Shown here piece after piece: positions 28,894 through 36,169 of a DNA stretch of 64,000 bases. The notes under the pieces are model-generated. The model ran no database searches. It saw only the letters and a program-made list of their open reading frames with translations, and was not told the origin of the DNA. Positions within the stretch are counted from its first letter, which is position 1. The number at the start of each line of letters is the position of its first letter. The position numbers were made by a program, and so were the translations under genes. The stretch is from an uncultured Erysipelotrichaceae bacterium (GTDB lineage Bacteria > Bacillota_I > Bacilli_A > RF39 > UBA660). The stretch lies in contig CACWWC010000001.1 in NCBI GenBank assembly GCA_902764545.1, positions 26,482-90,481 of the forward strand. Reading direction: 5' to 3'.

Positions 28894-28942
28894 TTTCACA
28901 TTTTTTATTTACATTGATTTTTATTTATAGTAAAATATATTC

Positions 28943-29014
28943 GTGCAATAAAAGTGTCTGAAATAGGTCAGGATTGGAAAATAGCAGCCTTAAGGTCCAA
29001 CTTTTATGTGCACA
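28943..29014 (+). ncRNA. ffs: Small (4.5S-type) signal recognition particle RNA
   Basis: AGGUCAGGAUUGGAAAAUAGCAGCC matches the SRP domain IV core (E. coli GGUCAGGUCCGGAAGGAAGCAGCC), including the GGAA tetraloop. Closing stem gtgcaataaaagt / acttttatgtgcac. Upstream TTGATT...TAAAAT promoter-like boxes and a downstream T-run. Confidence 0.75.
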
Positions 29015-29032
29015 TTTTTATTTGGAGGAAAT

Positions 29033-29485
29033 ATGAACTTAAAATATATGGATTTGGCATTTATGGAGGCAAAAAAAGCTTATGATAATAATGAAGTGCC
29101 TATTGGAGTGGTTATTGTTAAAGATAATTCTGTATTATCTTTATCCTATAATAAGGTGGAAACCAATAATTGTGCAATTTACCATGCTGAAATACAAGCT
29201 ATAATAGATGCTTCGAAAAAAGTTAATAATTGGAGGTTAGATGGATGTGATATGTACACTACTTTAGATCCTTGCCCTATGTGTGCTGGTGCAATCAAGC
29301 AGGCAAGGATTAGTAATGTTTATTCTGCATTAAGTACTACATCTAATATTAATCGTACTATTATTAATGACATTTTTACATGTGCGGATTCAAGTAATCC
29401 TTCTGTTAATTTTATTTCTAATATATCTCCTGACAGGGCAAAAGTTCTTTTATCTGAGTTTTTTCAAAAGCAAAGAAAAAAATAA
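29033..29485 (+). CDS. tadA: tRNA-specific adenosine deaminase TadA
   Basis: The track ORF start at 29006 would overlap the SRP RNA. ATG at 29033 behind GGAGGA gives MNLKYMDLAFMEAKKA... Zinc motifs HAE (YHAEIQAI) and PCPMCAGA. Confidence 0.9.
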   Translation: MNLKYMDLAFMEAKKAYDNNEVPIGVVIVKDNSVLSLSYNKVETNNCAIYHAEIQAIIDASKKVNNWRLDGCDMYTTLDPCPMCAGAIKQARISNVYSALSTTSNINRTIINDIFTCADSSNPSVNFISNISPDRAKVLLSEFFQKQRKK

Positions 29486-29531
29486 TTTTTTTATGTTATA
29501 ATATCATTTATAAATGTGAGGTGACTATTTT

Positions 29532-31235
29532 ATGTATCATGCTTTATATAGAAAATATCGTCCTATGGATTTTGATTCTGTGGTTGGACAAGATGCTATT
29601 ATCAAAACTCTAAAAAATTCTATTAAGAATAATGTTTTTTCACATGCATATATGTTTTTTGGTCCACGTGGTACTGGGAAAACTACTGTTTCTAAAATTT
29701 TTGCTCGTAATATTAATTGTTTATCTCCAATTGATGGTATGGCTTGCAAAAAATGTGATTCATGTGAGATTTCTTTTTCTGATAATTGTGTGGATATTAT
29801 TGAGATTGATGCTGCATCAAATAATGGGGTAGATGAAATTCGTGAATTAAAAAATAATATTAATTTAGTTCCTTCGCAACTTAAATATAAAGTATATATT
29901 ATTGATGAAGTACATATGTTATCAATTGGTGCATTTAATGCATTGCTTAAAACCTTAGAAGAACCACCAAGCCATGTTATTTTTATACTTGCTACAACTG
30001 ATCCTCAAAAAGTTCCTGAAACGATTGTTTCTAGATGTCAATGCTTTTCTTTTAAACGTATTTCTGAAGATGATATAAAATCTAAAATTTCTGATGTTTG
30101 TATAAAAGAAAATATTGATATTGAAAGCTTAGTTGTGGATAAAATTGCTATGCTTTGTGATGGTGGATTACGAGATGCATTAGGTTACTTAGATAAAATG
30201 GTTTCTTATTCTGATTCAACTATTACTATTGGTGATTTTAATGATGTAAATGGAATTGTTGATGATAGTGATTTAAATAATTTCTTAAAGAATATGCTGA
30301 TTGGTAATTTTAGTATAGTTTTATCTGATATTTCACGATTTAATTCTTGTGGAAAAAATATTATTCAGGTTATTGTCCAATTAATTAATTACATAAGAGA
30401 TTTAATTGTGGACTACTATCTTTCTGGAATTAATAATGAGTGTTTTTCTATGTCTTTATTACAAGAACTTGTAAATCTATTAAATGAAAAACTTGTCGAT
30501 ATAAAAAAAAGTGGTAATCCAAAAATTTATTTTGAGATGTTGATTTTAAAATTTATTAATGATTTTGTTAAAAATGATTCAAAATTTTTTCAACAAGTTA
30601 ATACAAATATTGATAAAGATAATAATTTTATTACAGATTTAAACAATAACGACTTAACTACAGAACTTAATTCTGATAGTAATGATAATGAAAATGAAGA
30701 TGGGAATAGTGAAAATGTTATAGCTAAAAATGTTTCTAATAAGGATTTTTCACCATCCAAGATAATTAATTTAAATGAAATTATTTCATGCAGGATTAAT
30801 AATACCATGGCTACTGCTGATAAATCGTTGTTAAAAAATGAAATTGAAAAGTTCTCATTACTAAAAGATTATTCGTTTGATCAAAATATTGGTTCTTTAG
30901 TTAATTCTTTATTAGATTCTAAAATACGAGCTTGTGGAAAAAATAATATGATTATCAGCTATTCATCAGATGGTTTTGTTTCTCAGAATTTAGAAAATAT
31001 CATCAGTCTAAATGATGTTTATAATAAAATAACTAATTCTAATATTAAAATTGCGATTGTTACTGATAAAGAATGGGAGAATATTAAAATAGATTATATT
31101 TCTAGGATAAAATCAAATAATCCATATCATGAAGTAGAGGAACCAGATTTTTTATTTGAAGATAGTTTAAAAAATGATATAATAAGTAGTAGTGCAATTG
31201 ATTTATTTGGTAATGATATTGTAGAATTTGAATAA
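29532..31235 (+). CDS. dnaX: DNA polymerase III subunit gamma/tau
   Basis: 567 aa. YRKYRPMDFDSVVGQD, Walker A GPRGTGKTT, Zn module CKKCDSC, YIIDEVHMLS, SRCQ. Confidence 0.95.
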   Translation: MYHALYRKYRPMDFDSVVGQDAIIKTLKNSIKNNVFSHAYMFFGPRGTGKTTVSKIFARNINCLSPIDGMACKKCDSCEISFSDNCVDIIEIDAASNNGVDEIRELKNNINLVPSQLKYKVYIIDEVHMLSIGAFNALLKTLEEPPSHVIFILATTDPQKVPETIVSRCQCFSFKRISEDDIKSKISDVCIKENIDIESLVVDKIAMLCDGGLRDALGYLDKMVSYSDSTITIGDFNDVNGIVDDSDLNNFLKNMLIGNFSIVLSDISRFNSCGKNIIQVIVQLINYIRDLIVDYYLSGINNECFSMSLLQELVNLLNEKLVDIKKSGNPKIYFEMLILKFINDFVKNDSKFFQQVNTNIDKDNNFITDLNNNDLTTELNSDSNDNENEDGNSENVIAKNVSNKDFSPSKIINLNEIISCRINNTMATADKSLLKNEIEKFSLLKDYSFDQNIGSLVNSLLDSKIRACGKNNMIISYSSDGFVSQNLENIISLNDVYNKITNSNIKIAIVTDKEWENIKIDYISRIKSNNPYHEVEEPDFLFEDSLKNDIISSSAIDLFGNDIVEFE

Positions 31236-31247
31236 AGGAGTGTTTTT

Positions 31248-31544
31248 ATGAATATGCAAGCTATGTTAAAACAGGCACAGGCTTTACAAAAAGATATGTT
31301 GAAAGTTAAAGAAGAGATTGAAAATACCGAATTTGTTGGTGAAAGTTCTCTTGTGAAGGTTACAATAAAAGGAAATCATGAGGTTGTTAAAGTAGATATT
31401 AATTCAGATGATAGTTTTGATAAGGATGATTTGGAGGTTTTGCAAGATATGATTGTTGTAGCATTTAATGATGCTAATAAAAAATTAGATAAATTAACTG
31501 AATCAAAGATGGGAAAATTTGGGAATATACCCGGATTGTTTTAG
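31248..31544 (+). CDS. ebfC: Nucleoid-associated protein YbaB/EbfC
   Basis: 98 aa; MLKQAQALQKDMLKVKEEI...; conserved dnaX-ybaB-recR context. Confidence 0.9.
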   Translation: MNMQAMLKQAQALQKDMLKVKEEIENTEFVGESSLVKVTIKGNHEVVKVDINSDDSFDKDDLEVLQDMIVVAFNDANKKLDKLTESKMGKFGNIPGLF

Positions 31545-31547
31545 TTT

Positions 31548-32144
31548 ATGTTTCCTGATAGTTTAAGAAATCTAATTGAAGTCTTTAAATATTTACCTGG
31601 AATTGGAGATAAAACTGCAGAACGTTTTGCTTTTTCTATTTTGGATTTAGATGATGATCAGGTTAAATTATTTCAAGATAGTTTGGGTGAAGTAAAATCA
31701 AAAATACATCATTGTTTAATTTGTAATGTTTTAACAGATGATGATATATGCTATATTTGCTCAGACGATTTTCGCGACAAAAAAGTTTTATGCGTTGTAG
31801 AAGATGTTAAAAGTGTTTTTTTATTTGAAAAGATGGGTATGTATAAGGGAAAGTATCATGTATTAGATTCTTTAATCTCACCTTTAGATGGAATTAATCC
31901 TGAAGATATTGGTATTGATAAACTGCTTGATAGAATACATAATGAGGGGTTTAAAGAATTAATATTTGCTTTTAAACCAAGTATTGAAGGTGAAACAACA
32001 TCTTTATATATTAAGAAGATTTTGGATGGTATTGATATTAAAGTGACAAGACTTGCAAGCGGCGTTCCTATTGGTGCTGATATAGAGTATGTTGACAGTC
32101 TGACTTTGGAGCGTGCACTAACTGATAGAAAAGAAATAATATAA
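31548..32144 (+). CDS. recR: Recombination protein RecR
   Basis: 198 aa. LPGIGDKTAERFAF helix-hairpin-helix, C4 zinc finger CLICNVLTDDDICYIC, and a Toprim domain. Confidence 0.95.
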   Translation: MFPDSLRNLIEVFKYLPGIGDKTAERFAFSILDLDDDQVKLFQDSLGEVKSKIHHCLICNVLTDDDICYICSDDFRDKKVLCVVEDVKSVFLFEKMGMYKGKYHVLDSLISPLDGINPEDIGIDKLLDRIHNEGFKELIFAFKPSIEGETTSLYIKKILDGIDIKVTRLASGVPIGADIEYVDSLTLERALTDRKEII

Positions 32145-32173
32145 ATCTTTATTTTGTCATATCTTTTATTGAG

Positions 32174-32368
32174 GTGATTGAAATAAAGCTTTTTATTTAT
32201 TTTTTTAGAAAAATTATATTAAGTTGTTTTATTATATATAGTTATAATTATATTGCTGTTAATTTTGGTTTTTTTTTACCAATAAATTTTATAAATATAT
32301 TAATTGTTAGTATTTTAGGACCTTTTGGTTTATGTGGTTTGGCTTTCTTTAAATACTTTTTTCTATAA
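32174..32368 (+). CDS. BofA-like small membrane protein (pro-sigma-K processing inhibitor family); start codon uncertain
   Basis: 64 aa. FFLPINFINILIVSILGPFGLCGLAFFKYFF parallels B. subtilis BofA HVPINLVTTAISGFLGIPGIAALVVIKQFI (from memory). Same post-recR position as bofA. GTG start with poor SD spacing. Confidence 0.5.
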   Translation: MIEIKLFIYFFRKIILSCFIIYSYNYIAVNFGFFLPINFINILIVSILGPFGLCGLAFFKYFFL

Positions 32369-32379
32369 GGGAGGATTAT

Positions 32380-33225
32380 ATGAGTGATTCGATTGTAAAG
32401 AAAAATTTTATTAAATATATTAATGGAATCATTGCTTATAATAGAGTTTCACATGCATATTTAATAGAAGTTGATAACTATGATACAGATATGGATTATG
32501 TTTTAATGTTTATTAAAATGATATTGTTAAATATGTCATATGAAGAAGTTATAAATAGTAAGAATAAAATAGTAAATTTAATTGATACTGGAAATTATCC
32601 TGATGTTACATGTATTTCTACTGATGCTTCGGTGATAAAAAAATCCTTTCTTATTAATCTAAAAAAAGATTTTAATAATAAGTCGCTATTTAATAATAAT
32701 AAGGTTTATATAATTAAGCAAGCTGAAAAATTAAACGATTCAGCAGCAAATACTATTCTTAAGTTTTTAGAAGAGCCTGAAGATAATATTATTGCTTTTT
32801 TACTAACAGATAATCGATATCATGTCTTAGATACGATAATTTCTAGATGTCAATTATTATCTTTAAAAGATAATGATTATGTTAATGATAGTACAGCAGA
32901 TTCTTCTACAATAGATTTAATGGAAATGGTTTTTGAACCTAGAAACTTTTTTATTAATTATAATTCTTTTATAAAAGAGTCATTTTCTGAGAAAGAGTTA
33001 TTAAAAAATTCGTTAATTTATATTGAAAATATTATATTAAATTATATTTCATCTGATGATTCAAATGATTTATTTACTGATTTTTATAATTTGTTAAAGA
33101 GATATAGTATTGATAAATGTATAAATTGTATTTCTATTATTGAGGATGAGCTGCCTAAACTTAGTTTTAATGTTAATTATAAACTTTGGTTGGATTCTTT
33201 TTTTTCAAGATTAATCGGAGGGTAA
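32380..33225 (+). CDS. holB: DNA polymerase III subunit delta-prime
   Basis: 281 aa; HAYLIEV, LKFLEEPEDN, TIISRCQLL; degenerate P-loop, as is typical for delta-prime. Confidence 0.8.
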   Translation: MSDSIVKKNFIKYINGIIAYNRVSHAYLIEVDNYDTDMDYVLMFIKMILLNMSYEEVINSKNKIVNLIDTGNYPDVTCISTDASVIKKSFLINLKKDFNNKSLFNNNKVYIIKQAEKLNDSAANTILKFLEEPEDNIIAFLLTDNRYHVLDTIISRCQLLSLKDNDYVNDSTADSSTIDLMEMVFEPRNFFINYNSFIKESFSEKELLKNSLIYIENIILNYISSDDSNDLFTDFYNLLKRYSIDKCINCISIIEDELPKLSFNVNYKLWLDSFFSRLIGG

Positions 33226-33228
33226 AGT

Positions 33229-34023
33229 ATGATGGATGTAGTTATAGTTTCTGTTGCTGATATTAAAGAAGTGTTTTACGTTTCACCAAATTTAATTTCT
33301 TTAAATGTTGGTGACTATGTAATATTTGAAAGCGAGCTTGGGTTATTAGTTGGTAGTGTTATTAAAGCTTCTTATAAGGAAAAGAGGAATAATCTTGTAT
33401 TACCATTGTATAATGTTTTAAGAATTGTTAATGATAAAGATATTAAGATTATAAACAAAAATAAAGAAATTATGAAAAAATCCTTAAAAGATGCTAAAAA
33501 AATCAGCTCAGAATATGGACTGGATATGAAATTTATTGATTCTTATCTTACTTTTGATAATAAGTTATTAATTTTTTCTTTTGTTTCTGATGAAAGAATT
33601 GATTTTAGAGATCTAGTAAAAAAGTTAGCTCAAAAATATAAGAAACGAATTGAACTAAGGCAAATAGGTGTTAGGGATAAAGCAAAAAAAATCGGCGGAT
33701 TAGGACCATGTGGGCTATTCTTGTGTTGTAATTCGTTTTTAACTGATTTTAATAGTGTTTCTATAAACATGGCGAAAAACCAAATGTTGGCTTTAAATCC
33801 TAGCAAAATAAATGGTATGTGTGGTAGGTTGCTATGTTGTCTAGGGTATGAAAATGAAACTTATACAATCTTAAAAAAAAGTTTACCTAAAGTTGGATCA
33901 TCTGTTAAAACTCCAGATGGAATTGGTAAAGTTGTGAGTATTGATGTTTTCGCTAATACTTATTCTATTGATCTAGGTGATAATATGGTTGTTACTCTAT
34001 CAGGTGAAAAAAGAGATGATTAG
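33229..34023 (+). CDS. ricT: PSP1-domain protein YaaT/RicT (stage 0 sporulation / RNase Y regulator)
   Basis: 264 aa. PSP1 core IDFRDLVKKLAQKYKKRIELRQIGVRDKAK and a Cys cluster GPCGLFLCC...CGRLLCC. Confidence 0.85.
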   Translation: MMDVVIVSVADIKEVFYVSPNLISLNVGDYVIFESELGLLVGSVIKASYKEKRNNLVLPLYNVLRIVNDKDIKIINKNKEIMKKSLKDAKKISSEYGLDMKFIDSYLTFDNKLLIFSFVSDERIDFRDLVKKLAQKYKKRIELRQIGVRDKAKKIGGLGPCGLFLCCNSFLTDFNSVSINMAKNQMLALNPSKINGMCGRLLCCLGYENETYTILKKSLPKVGSSVKTPDGIGKVVSIDVFANTYSIDLGDNMVVTLSGEKRDD

Positions 34024-34747
34024 ATTAGATGATGTTTTGGGTTATAAAAATTTAAAGATTTTTCAAGATTCTAATTTTTTTTCTTTTTCTCTTGATAGTA
34101 TTGTTTTAGCAAATTATACTAGAATAAGGTTAAGAGATAGGAAGATTATAGATTTTTGTACAGGAAATGCCGTTGTTCCACTAATTTTATCTCAAAGATG
34201 TTCACATGCCATTGATTGTGTTGAGATTCAAAAAAGTTTATCTTTACTAGCATCTAAATCAATCTCTGTAAATAACTTAAACGATAGAATATCTTTGTAT
34301 AATATGGATGTTAAAGATTTCTGTAATATTTCAAATAATCAGAGTAGTTATGATTTAGTGTTATGTAATCCTCCTTACTTTAAAAATAATGTTAATAGTA
34401 CTAAAAACATTGTTTATGAGAAAAAAGTTGCAAGACATGAAATTTTGATTAGTTTGGAAGAAGTTATAAGATGTGCAATGAGGATTTTAAAAGATAATGG
34501 GTGTTTCTCGATGGTACATCGTACGGATAGATTAGTTGAAATAATTGATTTAATGAAAAAATATAATTTAGAACCAAAATCCATAAAATTTGTTTATCAA
34601 AGAGTAGATAGTCCTTCATCATTAGTTTTAATTCAAGCACAAAAAAATGGTAAAGTTGGTTTGACTGTGGAAAAGCCGTTAATTTTGTATAAACAAGATG
34701 GATCTATTTCGGAAGAGTATTCTTTAATTCAAAATGAGGTGATATAA
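34016..34747 (+). CDS. SAM-dependent methyltransferase, YabB / tRNA m6A37 (TrmN6)-like
   Basis: Start re-called at ATG 34016 (MIRLDDVLGYKNLKIFQD). SAM motif IIDFCTGNAVVP and catalytic NPPY (LCNPPYF). Confidence 0.75.
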   Translation: MIRLDDVLGYKNLKIFQDSNFFSFSLDSIVLANYTRIRLRDRKIIDFCTGNAVVPLILSQRCSHAIDCVEIQKSLSLLASKSISVNNLNDRISLYNMDVKDFCNISNNQSSYDLVLCNPPYFKNNVNSTKNIVYEKKVARHEILISLEEVIRCAMRILKDNGCFSMVHRTDRLVEIIDLMKKYNLEPKSIKFVYQRVDSPSSLVLIQAQKNGKVGLTVEKPLILYKQDGSISEEYSLIQNEVI

Positions 34748-35589
34748 TGATTATTAATCAAAAAAGTTATGATAGCAAACCTTCTCTTTTTTTAATCCCA
34801 ACACCTATAGGTAATCTAGAAGATATTACTTTGAGAGCAATAAATACTTTAAAGGGTGTTGATGAAATACTTTGTGAAGATACTAGAACTACAAGTACTT
34901 TATTAAATAAATATAAAATTAAGAAACGTCTAGTAAGTTGTCATGAATACAATGAACGTAAGATGATAGAATATGTATTATCAAAACTTAATGAGGGATA
35001 TAATTTTGCTCTAGTTACTGATCAAGGAACTCCTATAATTAGTGATCCTGGTTATAGCATTTCTTCAGCTGTTATAAAAGCTGGATATAATGTTGTAAGT
35101 TTACCTGGTGCGACGGCTTTTGTTCCAGCACTTACCTCATCTGGACTTGAACCGGCTCCCTTTTTGTTTTATGGATTTTTGAATTCAAAAAACAGTAAAC
35201 AAATGCATGAGTTGATGGCTCTTAAAGATATTAAAAATACCATTATTTTTTATGAATCTGTTCATAGATTGGTATCAACACTAAATAATATGTTGAATAT
35301 ATTTGGAGATAGGAATATTTGTATCTGCAGAGAAATTTCAAAGATTCACGAGGAATATATAAGAGGAAAAATTAGTGAAATTATTTCTTTTGTATGTGAT
35401 TTGAAAGGTGAATTTGTTTTAATAGTAGAGGGAAATAAAAATAGTATTGATTATGGAGAATTAGATATTTCTGATCATGTAAAATTATACCTTGATGAAA
35501 TGAGTGAGATGGATGCGATAAAAAAGGTAGCTAGAGAAAGAAATGTTGCGAAGTCAGTAATATATAATTATTATCATAATAGGAAGTGA
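34747..35589 (+). CDS. rsmI: 16S rRNA (cytidine1402-2'-O)-methyltransferase RsmI
   Basis: 280 aa; LFLIPTPIGNLEDITLRAINTLKGVDEILCEDTR; tetrapyrrole-methylase fold. Confidence 0.9.
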   Translation: MIINQKSYDSKPSLFLIPTPIGNLEDITLRAINTLKGVDEILCEDTRTTSTLLNKYKIKKRLVSCHEYNERKMIEYVLSKLNEGYNFALVTDQGTPIISDPGYSISSAVIKAGYNVVSLPGATAFVPALTSSGLEPAPFLFYGFLNSKNSKQMHELMALKDIKNTIIFYESVHRLVSTLNNMLNIFGDRNICICREISKIHEEYIRGKISEIISFVCDLKGEFVLIVEGNKNSIDYGELDISDHVKLYLDEMSEMDAIKKVARERNVAKSVIYNYYHNRK

Positions 35590-35595
35590 TATAAT

Positions 35596-36165
35596 ATGAA
35601 ATTAATCGTTGGATTAGGTAATCCTGGAAATAGCTATGTTGATACTAGACATAATGTTGGTTTTATGATTTTAGATCAATATTTAAAAAATGTTAATTTG
35701 GATGTTGTCTGGTCTAAAAAGTTTGATGGTTTATTTTTTAAAACTAGAATAAATAAATATGAAGTAATTTTTCTAAAACCTCAAACTTATATGAATTTAT
35801 CTGGTGAGTGTGTAAAGAAATTTATGGATTATTATGATATAGATGTAGATGATTTATTTGTTATTTCTGATGATTTAGATATTAACCTAGGTAATTTTAA
35901 ATTAAAAAAGGGTGGCTCAAGTGGAGGTCATAATGGACTAAAAAATATTGAAACTATGATTGGTTCTAGTATGTATAAGCGACTTAAAATTGGTATATCA
36001 AATAATAAAAATTTAGATACTAAAGATTATGTTTTAAGCAAGTTTAATTATTCTGAGAAAGATATATTGAATAATACTTTTTCTTCTATAAATAATATTA
36101 TAAATGATTATTTTATTTTTTCTTTTGATATGTTAATGAACAAATATAACCATAAAAATAGGTGA
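35596..36165 (+). CDS. pth: Peptidyl-tRNA hydrolase
   Basis: 189 aa; MKLIVGLGNPGNSYVDTRHNVGF, GHNGLKN. Confidence 0.95.
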   Translation: MKLIVGLGNPGNSYVDTRHNVGFMILDQYLKNVNLDVVWSKKFDGLFFKTRINKYEVIFLKPQTYMNLSGECVKKFMDYYDIDVDDLFVISDDLDINLGNFKLKKGGSSGGHNGLKNIETMIGSSMYKRLKIGISNNKNLDTKDYVLSKFNYSEKDILNNTFSSINNIINDYFIFSFDMLMNKYNHKNR

Positions 36166-36169
36166 TATT

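Noticed and set aside
28154-28942. Possibility that the direct repeats at 28162 and 28877 are terminal or target-site repeats of a mobile element, or that the spacer hides a degenerate rRNA or tRNA gene.
   Set aside because: The repeats are fully explained as parS sites. No transposase or integrase remnant or ORF lies between them. The interior is far too AT-rich and lacks any conserved rRNA or tRNA sequence block I can recognise.
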